Origin: Promethearchaeota archaeon
Lineage (GTDB): Archaea > Asgardarchaeota > Lokiarchaeia > Sigyniarchaeales > SOKP01
Assembly (NCBI GenBank): GCA_048939995.1
Contig: JBHLOY010000010.1
Location: 1 to 64,000, forward strand
Direction: 5' to 3'
Length of the DNA: 64,000 nt
Shown: positions 49,952 to 60,265 of the stretch, piece after piece
How positions within the stretch are numbered: position 1 is the stretch's first letter
Layout: each line of letters starts with the position of its first letter
The notes under the pieces: model-generated
What the model was told of the DNA's origin: nothing
The model's database searches: none
What the model saw: only the letters and a program-made list of their open reading frames with translations
Program-made: the position numbers and the translations under genes

Positions 49952-50311
49952 TTAATGACCTTTACACATTGGTCCTTTTAAAGGATCTAATCTGTTTTGT
50001 AATAAAAATTCAATATTGTCCTTCAATGAACCATTTATACCTTTAAATAAATTTATATTATATTGAATAAACCCCATATAAGGTCTACCACCAATTCCAC
50101 CAACAATCATATCGGTTACATTTTGTCTAACCATATTAATAACCGGTTCCATACATCCAAAATGCCCATTATTTTGGAGTGAAAAAATTTTTCGATAATT
50201 GTTATTTTTATCGACTTCAATACCAATAAAATAATTACAATGGCCAAAGTGCTCCGATATGGGATCTCTTAATTCAGTTCCATCAGAAGGAATTGCAATT
50301 AGTCTTTTCAT
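49952..50311 (-). CDS. NifB/NifX-family protein
   Basis: ISEHFGHC, GC..P, GGIGGRP. Confidence 0.88.
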   Translation of the reverse strand: MKRLIAIPSDGTELRDPISEHFGHCNYFIGIEVDKNNNYRKIFSLQNNGHFGCMEPVINMVRQNVTDMIVGGIGGRPYMGFIQYNINLFKGINGSLKDNIEFLLQNRLDPLKGPMCKGH

Positions 50312-50346
50312 ATCATTTCTATCTAGTTATTTAATTCTGCTAATAA

Positions 50347-50360
50347 TGAATAATTATTCG
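50347..50360. promoter_or_regulatory. TGAAT-N4-ATTC(G) operator-like palindrome upstream of the nifX-like operon
   Basis: TGAATaattATTCG; one mismatch to three other copies. Confidence 0.55.
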
Positions 50361-50516
50361 AAATTACTTTTATGTTATTAAAACCATTATTCCCTTAAAA
50401 ATTTGATGGTAATGATTAAAAGTAGACAGATTTGTTGAAAAAATATTAAGTCAAATTTTAAATACAAAAATTTAAACTATTATGATAGGCTTTAAACGGA
50501 AAAAATCAAACTTTAA

Positions 50517-51059
50517 ATGTCTATTTCAAGAAAAAAAATTTACAAAATTTGCATAGTTGGCGATGGTGGAGTAGGAAAAACTACAATCCTTTACCAATAC
50601 GTAGACGGAAAGTTCATTGAAAATACTCAAATGACAATTGGTATCAACTTTTTTGTAAAAGATATATTTTTAAAAGAATTTAACACTAAAATTATACTTC
50701 AAATATGGGATTTGGGGGGTCAAGAACACTTCAAATCTGTTCGCCCAAGTTTCTACGAGGGTGCAGTAGGCATAATATATACCTATGATTTAACACGAAT
50801 AAATACTTTTACCGATTTAATTGAATGGAAAAAGGAAATTGACAGAGTTCTGAACGGAAAGACTCCAAGTATTTTGATTGGAAACAAATTAGATTTGATT
50901 GATTCTGAGAATCGCAGGATTTTTCCCAAGGATATTCAAAAACTAAGAAAACTTATAGGATTTTCAAATTACTTTGAAACAAGTGCAAAGGAAAATGTCG
51001 GTATAAATAAATTATTTAATAAGATCACAAAAGACATTTATAAGGTTTTAAATAACTAA
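50517..51059 (+). CDS. Rab-like small GTPase
   Basis: GDGGVGKT, TIG, WDLGGQE, GNKLD, ETSAK. Confidence 0.95.
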   Translation: MSISRKKIYKICIVGDGGVGKTTILYQYVDGKFIENTQMTIGINFFVKDIFLKEFNTKIILQIWDLGGQEHFKSVRPSFYEGAVGIIYTYDLTRINTFTDLIEWKKEIDRVLNGKTPSILIGNKLDLIDSENRRIFPKDIQKLRKLIGFSNYFETSAKENVGINKLFNKITKDIYKVLNN

Positions 51060-51236
51060 TATTTAAATTTATCGCGGCTCATATTGCGTTCCACAAGTAT
51101 TTTATGGGCCCTCCTTCTTTAAGTTCTCTCCAAATTTGATTGATAAATATTTGAGCTCTTAGATTTTGGCTATTTTAAAAAAAAGTGTTAAATTTTAAAT
51201 ATGAAAAATAAAACTTATATGCTAGGTTAATACTAA

Positions 51237-51779
51237 ATGTATAATTCAAAACGAAGAATTTATAAGGTTTGTATAGTTGGAGATGCCGCAGTAGGCAAGA
51301 CTACAATTCTTTATCAATATGTAGATGGTAAGTTTGTTGAAAATACTCAGTTAACTATTGGTATAAATTTTTTTACAAAAAATATATATTTAGAAGAACT
51401 TGATGTAAAAACAGTCCTTCAAATATGGGATTTAGGAGGACAGGAACACTTTAATACTGTTCGACCAAATTTTTATCGAGGAGCAACTGGTTTAATTTAT
51501 ACTTATGATTTAACGAGGAAAATCACGCTTAACAATTTAATTAAATGGAAAGAGGAAATTGGAAAAGTTATAGACTTAAAAATTCCAACTATTCTGATTG
51601 GAAATAAATTAGATTTGATTGATCCGGAAAACCAACAGACATTTATAGGCGCTATACAAAATTTAAAGAATGATTTAGGCTTTTCAGATTATTTTGAAAC
51701 TAGTGCAAAAGATAATGTTGGTATTGATGAGGCATTTCATAAAATTACGAAAGATATATATAAATTTCTACTTAAATAA
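51237..51779 (+). CDS. Rab-like small GTPase (tandem paralog)
   Basis: GDAAVGKT, WDLGGQE, GNKLD, ETSAK; same length as neighbour. Confidence 0.95.
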   Translation: MYNSKRRIYKVCIVGDAAVGKTTILYQYVDGKFVENTQLTIGINFFTKNIYLEELDVKTVLQIWDLGGQEHFNTVRPNFYRGATGLIYTYDLTRKITLNNLIKWKEEIGKVIDLKIPTILIGNKLDLIDPENQQTFIGAIQNLKNDLGFSDYFETSAKDNVGIDEAFHKITKDIYKFLLK

Positions 51780-52091
51780 AAGTAAAAAACTTTTTTCTAG
51801 TTATTTCTATTGAAAAGATGTGAATAGCTGTCGTTTTGAGTAAAAATTAAACTTAAACTAGAAGTATTAAAACAAAGGTTAAAATGAAGGCCATGTAAGT
51901 GATTTTATGAGTTCTGGATAATTATTCAAAAAATTTTTATAATATATTTCGTTTAAATCTAATGAAAATATAAATAAAATCTTGTTAGATTTTTCAAATT
52001 ATTAACATTAAATTAAAGATAATTAATGAATCATATTAAATTAGAATTAAAATCAAATTATTTTTAATTAGAAAAATGGTGGTTTAGAATT

Positions 52092-52961
52092 TTGAATGAT
52101 AATGAGATACCTGATATTGATCTGAAAGAAACGATTCAAAACTCTCAACAAGAAATATTAGATGAGCGGATGGAAAATATTCGGAAGAATATGGAAAAAA
52201 TTAAACATAAAATTGTAATTATTTCTGGAAAAGGGGGCGTTGGAAAAACTACTGTAGCAGTTAATCTTGCAATGAGTTTAGCGAGTATAGGATTAAGAGT
52301 TGGATTACTAGATGTGGATATTACAGGACCTAATGTTAACAAAATGCTTGGAATTAAACCAGATGTGAGACCACGAGTAGATCCAGAAGCAAAAAAGTTC
52401 TATCCTGTGAATGGACCCTTAAATATTAAAGTAATGAGTATGGCATTTTTAACACAAGATAACGACACTCCTGTAATTTGGAGGGGTCCAATGAAAATGA
52501 GTGCTGTACGACAATTCCTTGGTGATGCTATTTGGGGAGAACTTGATTACTTAATATGCGATTTACCACCTGGTACAAGTGATGAAACTCTTGATATTTT
52601 ACAGCTTATTCCTGATGAAAATGTAATTATTGTTTCTACTCCTCAAGAGGTTGCTCTTATGGATGCAAGAAAGACCATAGCAATGTCACAAACGATGCAG
52701 AGAAAAGTCTTGGGAATCATTGAAAATATGTCTGGTTTTAAATGTCCTCACTGTAACAACTATATTGATCTTTATCCAGCTGGAGGGGCTGAAAAGGCCT
52801 CAAAGGATTTTGGCATCACACTCTTAGGAAAAATTCCATTTGAAGTGGAAATAGGTCAACAAGGGGATCAAGGTCTTCCATTTATACTAAAGAATCCAGA
52901 TAGCGAAAGTAATAGAGCCTTTAAATCAATAATTAAGAATATTAGGGAAAAGTTGGAATAA
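52092..52961 (+). CDS. mrp: Mrp/NBP35/ApbC Fe-S carrier ATPase
   Basis: SGKGGVGKT, DVDITGPN, WRGP, DLPPGTSD, ENMS..CPHC. Confidence 0.93.
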   Translation: MNDNEIPDIDLKETIQNSQQEILDERMENIRKNMEKIKHKIVIISGKGGVGKTTVAVNLAMSLASIGLRVGLLDVDITGPNVNKMLGIKPDVRPRVDPEAKKFYPVNGPLNIKVMSMAFLTQDNDTPVIWRGPMKMSAVRQFLGDAIWGELDYLICDLPPGTSDETLDILQLIPDENVIIVSTPQEVALMDARKTIAMSQTMQRKVLGIIENMSGFKCPHCNNYIDLYPAGGAEKASKDFGITLLGKIPFEVEIGQQGDQGLPFILKNPDSESNRAFKSIIKNIREKLE

Positions 52962-53212
52962 AATTTCTTATTCTCTTTTATCAATACTTTTTATTTCTCT
53001 CCAAATCCCAATCTTACCTAGAAAGGGTTGGTTTTCTTTTAAAATTTAAAAATATTTAAATCAAAATATTCTCATATTATGAATTTTGATAAATATAAAA
53101 ACAATTTAAAAGGATAAGTGTTACTATGTTATTACATATTTTTAGAAATCATCTAATTACACGTTAAGGGGAATACGTTATTAATTTAGGGCCTGAATTA
53201 GGAATATCAAAA

Positions 53213-53680
53213 TTGCTAAAAGGAATTGTAATTTGTAAAGAAACTGGTGTATATTTGTTAGATTTGATTTTAGATTCAGAAATAAATCCTATCTTGTTAT
53301 CTTCTTTTGTGGGTGCTCTTTCTTTATTTGGGGAGGAGAACATGGGAAAAATTGAGGAGATAACAATTAAAGGGTTGGATATTCAAATGATTATTGTATG
53401 TAAACATAAACTTATATTAATTGCGATAATGGATAAAGACTTTTTGAAACAAGACATCAGAGAAGAGGCTGAAAAAGCTCTTGATATGTTTTATACCCTC
53501 TACAAGAATGAGATTGATGAGTGTGTTGATGTTTTTATATTTGACTCATTCAAGAAAATCTTACTCAAACAAATAGAAGATTTCTTTAATAAGATAACTG
53601 ACAAAGAAAAAGAAGTAAATATTGGAAATTTTGGATTTTTTACAGAGGCTATTGCTAAGATGAGAAATCATCATGATTAG
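53213..53680 (+). CDS. Longin-like domain protein
   Basis: ETGVYL...INPILLSSFVGALSLF...IEEI...F...Y pattern of Asgard longin-like proteins. Confidence 0.6.
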   Translation: MLKGIVICKETGVYLLDLILDSEINPILLSSFVGALSLFGEENMGKIEEITIKGLDIQMIIVCKHKLILIAIMDKDFLKQDIREEAEKALDMFYTLYKNEIDECVDVFIFDSFKKILLKQIEDFFNKITDKEKEVNIGNFGFFTEAIAKMRNHHD

Positions 53681-53736
53681 CGGCTCAACTATAAAACTAT
53701 CCTAAAAAAAATTAGGGAGTTAAGAAAAGGCTTCCT

Positions 53737-54222
53737 CTACTCTTTTTTTGCGAGACTCCCAAAAACTATCAAAGCAGCTCCAATAAATGGACCAATCACA
53801 CCAAAAAAAGGTTTATATCCACCTCCAGTAAAACTCCAGTGATTATATCCATATAGATTATAAAATACTTCCATCATGATAATCCAAGCAAGAGTAGACA
53901 CAATCACCAACCCTGCTAATATAATCAATTTCCATCTGAGTTTCTTTAAATTCAGTGAAACTCTAAGATATGTAGTGGTAAGAATAATTACTATAAGACC
54001 ACTTGAGAATATAATCAGGGCAAGAATCGTAGAAATTGCAACAAGTAATAAATCTGTTCTTAAAAGATATATAGCAAGGGGGTCAATGTCTACACCTATT
54101 TGAGTCATCCAAACATAGTAAAGAGGAGGACCATCATTATAACTAGTTGGAGTTAAAATTGAGATTAATACAATTAAACCTCCAATAATATTAAGAATCC
54201 AAAGATTTTTTCTAATTTTCAT
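53737..54222 (-). CDS. Four-TM hypothetical membrane protein
   Basis: Four hydrophobic segments; FGVIGPFIGA. Confidence 0.7.
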   Translation of the reverse strand: MKIRKNLWILNIIGGLIVLISILTPTSYNDGPPLYYVWMTQIGVDIDPLAIYLLRTDLLLVAISTILALIIFSSGLIVIILTTTYLRVSLNLKKLRWKLIILAGLVIVSTLAWIIMMEVFYNLYGYNHWSFTGGGYKPFFGVIGPFIGAALIVFGSLAKKE

Positions 54223-54315
54223 CAGAAATCTATTTTTTAAATATTTTGTTATTTAATTAGATGTGTAATCTTATATGTTTTTTTTAAACAACAAATAAAA
54301 TAAAAAAATAAAATT

Positions 54316-55686
54316 TTATAATTCTGCAATTGCTTTTTGTCTTGCTAATTTTTCTTCTTCGGTGAGCTCAATTTCCCCTCTTCTAACAAAAAACATTAGA
54401 ATAAATGCAATTATTAGAAATATTGCTCCATCCAGAAGAAGACTTTCCTTTCCGAAAAGATCTCTCAGAATTCCAAGTAGAGCAGGTCCAAATATAGCTG
54501 CCAAGACACTGAAGAAATAATATAATCCTGTATAAGTTCCTATCTTTCTAATACTAGGAGCCAGTTCCCACACGATAACAATAGAATTTATGTTGACGAA
54601 AGCCCATCCAATACCAAAGAACACCAAGATAATAATTGTTAACAGTTGTGTTCGGATTAAGAATCCGATAAGCAATGCTACAATCATAATTATTAATCCA
54701 ACTTTAATACAATTTCTCCTTCCTATCTTATTAGCTAGCAAAGATAAGGGGTAAGCTGCTATTATAAATGGAATCGCCACAAAATTGAATATAAAACTTG
54801 CCATTCCTCCACTAAACCCTAGAACACCATTCGGAAAGAGAATAGGATCATAAGGTCCCGCATAGATTGAAAATAAAGCTTCCATTCCTTGATATCCTAC
54901 AAACCAGAAAAAGATCGCAAGCAAGATCAAGAGTGTACTTTTATCTTTTTCCTTAAATATATCTTTAAAGCTAGCAATAAGAGTTATCTTTTCCTTTTTT
55001 TCTTTAACTCTTCCGCCTTCTTTTGTTTCTACTTCTAGTAGCATCTGATAACTATATGATTTTGTTTCTTTAATTGTGAAAAAGAGTATTATCATTGCTA
55101 CTAACATTATCACTGAAGCAATAATAAAAGGTAAATATGTATTAATATCGATTAACAAACCAAGAGTAAACGCTATAACGGCTCCAATTCCCCCCATTAT
55201 GTTAATAATTGCATTCCCCTTACTTCTGTTTACTGGTTTAACAAAATCTGGCATCAATGCCACAGCTTGTGATCGATAAAATCCCATACTAATACCAAAA
55301 AAAAATATCCAGAGCAATAATATCCATAGCTGACCAAAACCACCTCCACCGGTAAAGGTAGTTGGAAATCCTGTAGGAATCAATATGAAAAATATTACTG
55401 AAAGAATCACTCCTATGACAATATAAGGCATCCTTCTTCCATACCTTGTACGTGTATTGTCTGAAATATTCCCCATTATAGGCTGAATTATGACACCGAT
55501 TATATTATCCACAGCCATTATAATACCAACAGTAAATCCCGCTAATATAAAACCTGCAAAGTAATTATCCAACGCTCGATTGACTTGTGTATTATATAAA
55601 CTCCAGCTAAATGTTGTAAAAAATGCTAATCCAATAAGGAACGTTTGACCTGCTTTAAATTTATCTTCAGACTTTTCTTCCGCCAT
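54316..55686 (-). CDS. MFS transporter (SLC45 / GPH maltose-sucrose type)
   Basis: QPIMGNISDNTRTRYGRRMPY, ALMPD...RSKGN, about 12 TMs. Confidence 0.92.
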   Translation of the reverse strand: MAEEKSEDKFKAGQTFLIGLAFFTTFSWSLYNTQVNRALDNYFAGFILAGFTVGIIMAVDNIIGVIIQPIMGNISDNTRTRYGRRMPYIVIGVILSVIFFILIPTGFPTTFTGGGGFGQLWILLLWIFFFGISMGFYRSQAVALMPDFVKPVNRSKGNAIINIMGGIGAVIAFTLGLLIDINTYLPFIIASVIMLVAMIILFFTIKETKSYSYQMLLEVETKEGGRVKEKKEKITLIASFKDIFKEKDKSTLLILLAIFFWFVGYQGMEALFSIYAGPYDPILFPNGVLGFSGGMASFIFNFVAIPFIIAAYPLSLLANKIGRRNCIKVGLIIMIVALLIGFLIRTQLLTIIILVFFGIGWAFVNINSIVIVWELAPSIRKIGTYTGLYYFFSVLAAIFGPALLGILRDLFGKESLLLDGAIFLIIAFILMFFVRRGEIELTEEEKLARQKAIAEL

Positions 55687-55819
55687 TTTTATCACGGTAA
55701 TAGTTTTTAGTTTAAAGTTATGATTTTAAAAGTAAATTAGTTTTTGTTGTTTATAAATTTATAATTTAAACAAGTTATCAGTTTTGAATAGATTCTAATA
55801 GAAGAAAGTAAAAAAGGAT

Positions 55820-55972
55820 TTATAATTCAATTTCGATTTTAATTTGTTTGATTTCTTCAGGGATTTTTTTAGCGGATTGCAAATACCCTAAAATTATGTT
55901 TACTAACATCTTTTCCATTAGTTCGTTTAATGGGATTTCTTTTTCATTTACTTCTAATTTAACACCTGTCAT
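55820..55972 (-). CDS. 50-aa protein resembling the C-terminal domain of MobB (not in ORF track)
   Basis: MTGVKLEVNEKEIPLNELMEKMLVNIILGYLQSAKKIPEEIKQIKIEIEL. Confidence 0.65.
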   Translation of the reverse strand: MTGVKLEVNEKEIPLNELMEKMLVNIILGYLQSAKKIPEEIKQIKIEIEL

Positions 55973-56044
55973 AATTCTAATTTATTTCACTCTATGTTTT
56001 AAAGTTTAAGTTTATTTTTTAAAAAAAGTCCCTAAATTTAAATC

Positions 56045-56431
56045 TCATTCATGGCTTAAGAACAAATTTTCTAAAGCTCTTATAACTTCAGGAGTAATGT
56101 GGTGTTCGATCTTACAGCATAGCTCTTTAACTATTATTTCATCCTTTACATTTAAGATCTTTTTGAAAAAATCTTTCAGTTTCATATTGTATCTCACAAT
56201 ATCTGTAGCAACTTGTTTGCCGCTAACGGTTAAACGGATTGACTTTCTTGGCTTCCATCTGATATAACCTTCACTTCTTAATCTATAAAGCATATTAGTA
56301 ACTGAAGGAGGCTTTACTTTCAAAAAAACAGCAATCTCTGAATTGCTAACCCACCCACCTTTATTTCTCTTTGAGATAAGATATATGGCTTTCAAATAAT
56401 CTTCATGACTATCTTGATAATCTTTAGACAT
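56045..56431 (-). CDS. DtxR/MntR-family metal-dependent regulator
   Basis: EDYLKAIY, VKPPSVTNML, CKIEHHI. Confidence 0.9.
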   Translation of the reverse strand: MSKDYQDSHEDYLKAIYLISKRNKGGWVSNSEIAVFLKVKPPSVTNMLYRLRSEGYIRWKPRKSIRLTVSGKQVATDIVRYNMKLKDFFKKILNVKDEIIVKELCCKIEHHITPEVIRALENLFLSHE

Positions 56432-56485
56432 AGCTAATAATTAATTTTACTTTTAAAATCTAAAAAAAAGTGCGAATGATGATAA

Positions 56486-56845
56486 TTATTCGCTTGATTC
56501 TAATTCCTCAATTTTTTTTGATATATCCTCTAATGCTCTCTTAATTTCGCCCATTTCAGAGTCCAGATATTCTTTTTCTTGTTTTAACATGGTTAATTGA
56601 TCTTTTGAGTCGTATACTGGTTTATAAATTGGAGGAGGAACAACATAAGGAACATTTGGTGGATAGTACCATCTCCATCCTCTTCCTCGCCCTCTTCCCC
56701 ATCCCATACCGCGTCCCCATCCTCTCCCATAACCCATACCATATCCTTTAACATATCCAGGAGAATTATAACCAGCACAATACCCTAATAATCTCCCAGT
56801 CATTGGACCTTCTCCTCTCGGACCAGTTCTATCTCCACCAGGCAT
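56486..56845 (-). CDS. DUF5320-family protein
   Basis: MPGGDRTGP.GEGPMTGR..GYC, GRG repeats, C-terminal coiled coil. Confidence 0.9.
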   Translation of the reverse strand: MPGGDRTGPRGEGPMTGRLLGYCAGYNSPGYVKGYGMGYGRGWGRGMGWGRGRGRGWRWYYPPNVPYVVPPPIYKPVYDSKDQLTMLKQEKEYLDSEMGEIKRALEDISKKIEELESSE

Positions 56846-56880
56846 TTTTTATATCATCACCATCTTTTTAGTTATTATTT

Positions 56881-56948
56881 TGAATGAATATTCATATCTA
56901 GGTAACTATTAGAAAACAGCTTATTTAAATATTATGAATAAATATTCA
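56881..56948. promoter_or_regulatory. Two TGAAT-N4-ATTCA palindromes in the divergent DUF5320/MBL promoter region
   Basis: 56881-56894 TGAATgaatATTCA; 56935-56948 TGAATaaatATTCA. Confidence 0.65.
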
Positions 56949-56972
56949 TAATAAAGGAGAACCTTTAACAGA

Positions 56973-57641
56973 ATGGAAATTAGAATTCTTTATGATAATA
57001 AGTGTTCTGAATCAGGATTTTTAACTGGTTTTGGATTTTCTGCTTTAATCTATAACTCTCTTACAAGAAACTACTTGCTTTTTGATACAGGAGGTAATGG
57101 TAAGATTCTCCTTCATAATATTAACCAATTCAACATCAAGCTATCTTTAATTAAGAAGGTCATAATATCTCATAATCATCATGATCATGCTGGAGGTTTA
57201 GTGGATATTTACAATTTGAATAAAAATGTTGAAGTATATGTACCTTTTAATGATCAAAAATCTTTTAAGAATGCTTTCCTGGGAATTAATATTCACGGTA
57301 TATTAGAGATGACAGAAATTGAAGATAATATTTTCTCTTCAAGCCAATTTTTAAGAAGCTCAATTTCAGAACAATGTACAATTTTAAGATTAAAAAGTAG
57401 TGAATTAGTTCTATTGGTTGGATGCGCTCATCCAGGATTAGAACAATTCATTTTAAAAGCGCGAGAATTAGGTTCAATAAGAGGAATAATTGGTGGTTTT
57501 CATGGGTTTCGAAACTTGGAATATTTAGAAGGCACCAAATTCATTGGAGCTTGTCATTGTACCCAGCATATAGAATTGATAAAAAGAAGATTTCCTGCCG
57601 CTTTTCATAAAATATGTGTGGGGAACACTTTAACATTTTAG
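56973..57641 (+). CDS. MBL-fold metallo-hydrolase
   Basis: LFDTG, SHNHHDHAGG, GCAHPG, GGFH, CHCT. Confidence 0.9.
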   Translation: MEIRILYDNKCSESGFLTGFGFSALIYNSLTRNYLLFDTGGNGKILLHNINQFNIKLSLIKKVIISHNHHDHAGGLVDIYNLNKNVEVYVPFNDQKSFKNAFLGINIHGILEMTEIEDNIFSSSQFLRSSISEQCTILRLKSSELVLLVGCAHPGLEQFILKARELGSIRGIIGGFHGFRNLEYLEGTKFIGACHCTQHIELIKRRFPAAFHKICVGNTLTF

Positions 57642-57863
57642 ATTTTTTCTCATTTCACCATTAGATAACATGTTATCCGGATTAATTTCTCCACTTTCTT
57701 CCATTTGATATCTTAGACAATCTTTATTTCCAATCAGGTAATATTCTTCAACCCATTTTTTTTCAAGCATCCCCTCATTAATGAAATATTTAATTGGGCA
57801 ACAATTGTACCACTTACATCTTTTTTCAATTTTTAAATTTAGATTTTTGATTGACTTGTACAT
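57630..57863 (-). CDS. Small Cys-rich hypothetical protein (possibly degenerate)
   Basis: CKWYNCCP...WVEEY...CLRYQMEE.G..PDNML. Confidence 0.55.
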   Translation of the reverse strand: MYKSIKNLNLKIEKRCKWYNCCPIKYFINEGMLEKKWVEEYYLIGNKDCLRYQMEESGEINPDNMLSNGEMRKNLKC

Positions 57864-57881
57864 GAATAAAACGTTTGATTA

Positions 57882-57999
57882 TTACATCTTTAATAAGCAT
57901 TACATCTATCTAAATTTTCCTTGACAAATCTCCCTAAAGTCAATAAATCCTTGTATAAGTTTGTCAAATTTAACAGATGGATGAGGTCTATTTATTTTA
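57882..57999 (-). repeat. Degenerate copy of an internal segment of the radical SAM gene (59718-59836)
   Basis: Identical blocks TTACATCTTTAATAAGCATTAC, CCTAAAGTCAATAAATCCTTGTATAAGTT, AGATGGATGAGGTCTATTTATTTTA. Confidence 0.9.
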
Positions 58000-58073
58000 T
58001 GGGCCATCCAACCCATATCGCCTGTACTGGGATTAAATACATTTCAAGATAAAAAAAAAAGAAAAATTTAGAA

Positions 58074-58982
58074 TTAATTACAAGTACCAGGTACAAAGGG
58101 GATTGAAGGTTTATCTATATCGTTATTATCTGGATTAATTCCATCTCCTAATATGTGTGAATGGGACCCATGACGGATCCATATGTGCCCATTTGTCCAA
58201 TAGCTATAAAAATTAAATATCACTCTTATTCTTATCGATAAGATTCTTCTTGTAATAATTGCTGTTCCAGGTTCATAAGTGGTAACTCCAGATCCAAATT
58301 CACTAGCAACATCATTATGCACGTGTAAACGAACACTTGACTTGAATTCCTGTCTCCCATGATCATATATACTATTAAAATACCCCATATACCGATAAAT
58401 ATCATCAGCAATGGGAGGATTAACTTGAGGATAATCATTATGATATGCAGAGGCTGTATAAGAATATCCAAAGGTAAAACTGAACCCTTTAGCTTGCGCT
58501 CCAACTCCAACATTATAGGTCCAAGTCATTGGAGTGGTTGCTGCATAATCCATATCCCCATCCCAAGTTACTAAATTAATGGGAGGTGCATCCCAAAAAT
58601 GACTTATATATACATTTCCCGAGCACATGCTCATCCATTCTTGTTCGTAATACGCAGTTACATACATTTTTACTTCTATTTTAGTAGGGGTGGTATAAGT
58701 ATTTTGCCCATTAATGAATATTGCATATCTTTCATATCCACCAGGTCCAGGAGGATATCCTTCATTATTATATACCATATGTCCTTGAACATCCACAATC
58801 GATAAAAGACGATATTCACCAATTTTCCACCATAAAAAGTAAATTGGAATTCTTTGATCTGTGCTTTCTCGTGCATCTGGTGCAACTTCTGAAGCATAAC
58901 CAGTTACCACTGCTTGGGTTAAAAATATTACAAATAAAATAGCTATTAAATATTTGATTCTTTTTTGATTTTTGGTAGTCAA
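58074..58982 (-). CDS. Secreted beta-rich hypothetical protein with amphipathic beta-hairpin
   Basis: Signal peptide KRIKYLIAILFVIFLTQAVVTGYA; TWTYNVGVGAQAKGFSFTFGYSYT. Confidence 0.7.
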   Translation of the reverse strand: MTTKNQKRIKYLIAILFVIFLTQAVVTGYASEVAPDARESTDQRIPIYFLWWKIGEYRLLSIVDVQGHMVYNNEGYPPGPGGYERYAIFINGQNTYTTPTKIEVKMYVTAYYEQEWMSMCSGNVYISHFWDAPPINLVTWDGDMDYAATTPMTWTYNVGVGAQAKGFSFTFGYSYTASAYHNDYPQVNPPIADDIYRYMGYFNSIYDHGRQEFKSSVRLHVHNDVASEFGSGVTTYEPGTAIITRRILSIRIRVIFNFYSYWTNGHIWIRHGSHSHILGDGINPDNNDIDKPSIPFVPGTCN

Positions 58983-59316
58983 GATTTTTCACTTATTTGT
59001 ATAAATTGGATTTTCCAATTAAATTATAATTCAAGTAGCATATTTAAATATTTCCCATCTTGCTTGGAGAAAGTATCCCATCAATTACAAAGCTTAATTC
59101 AGTTTTAAGAAGAGAAACGAAAAGACATCCCAGATCGAAAGGGAAGAGTCTAAGAAAGAAGCAACTTAGAAAGCAAATTAAATTATTGCTTAAAAACTAA
59201 AAGCGATTAAGAATCATTATAAAGAACAAGTTTTGATATCAGAATGGTTATTAGAAACAGTAGAATAACAAATTCAGGAAATATTCATATCTATCTTCTA
59301 AGTATCTATAGATCAA

Positions 59317-60252
59317 TTACTTAGTTGGACGAGAATAAAAAGTATGATCATTATAGACAGTTTTTCTAATTTTATCTACGGACGCTAGTTTTTCTAACTG
59401 GAATAAGATATTAAGTTTAGTGAATCGTTCATTTGAAAAGGTTTGAAGAATTTGCTCTTGCGTCATTGGATGTCTTTCAATTATAGCTAATAATTCTTTT
59501 TCAAAATTTTTGGAATAAATTCTAAATTTTCCATTTTCAGGATAAAAAACATTATTGTAATCTACAAAAATCTCGTTTAACAAGGAGATAATATTTTCAT
59601 CTGGAATTTTAACCCATTCTTCAACAGGAGGTCTAATAGGAACATTGAAGTCGATACGATCTGGCTTGATCAAATCCATTTTTTCTTTAATTTTAATCAA
59701 TTCTTCTTTGGAATCATTTACATCTTTAATAAGCATTACTTCTATCCAAAACTTTCCTTTATAGATTTTCCTAAAGTCAATAAATCCTTGTATAAGTTCC
59801 TTAAATTTTATAGATGGATGAGGTCTATTTATTTTAATAAAAGACTTTTCATCTCCTGCATCCAAACTTGGCAAAACAACGTCAGCGCAAATCAATATCA
59901 CTTGAATTTTCTCATCATATAGTAAACCTCCATTTGTAATTACACAAATAGGTTTTTCAGCTAATTCTTTAGCCAATAGGATTAATTTTTTTAGATCTTT
60001 ATATAAAGTAGGTTCTCCGCTTCCTACAAAAGTGATATAATCAAAATTACCTTCATTCTTTTTAATAGCCTTTTTTAATTCACCAATTATAGCTTTTACC
60101 GGGAAAAAATTTTTCCTTTCATTAGTGAAATTTGTTGTTTTTCCTAGTTGACAATATATACATTTATAATTACATGTCTTTAAAGGGATTGGATCAATTC
60201 CAAGTGATCTCCCTAATCTTCTACTAGGTACAGGGCCATATACATACTTCAT
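59317..60252 (-). CDS. Radical SAM protein
   Basis: YGPVPSRRLGRSLG, CNYKCIYC, GSGEPTL. Confidence 0.92.
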   Translation of the reverse strand: MKYVYGPVPSRRLGRSLGIDPIPLKTCNYKCIYCQLGKTTNFTNERKNFFPVKAIIGELKKAIKKNEGNFDYITFVGSGEPTLYKDLKKLILLAKELAEKPICVITNGGLLYDEKIQVILICADVVLPSLDAGDEKSFIKINRPHPSIKFKELIQGFIDFRKIYKGKFWIEVMLIKDVNDSKEELIKIKEKMDLIKPDRIDFNVPIRPPVEEWVKIPDENIISLLNEIFVDYNNVFYPENGKFRIYSKNFEKELLAIIERHPMTQEQILQTFSNERFTKLNILFQLEKLASVDKIRKTVYNDHTFYSRPTK

Positions 60253-60265
60253 TAATAAAATCAAG

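Noticed and set aside
49009-50311. Nitrogen fixation genes
   Set aside because: NifB/NifX domains only; no nifH, nifD or nifK in the window
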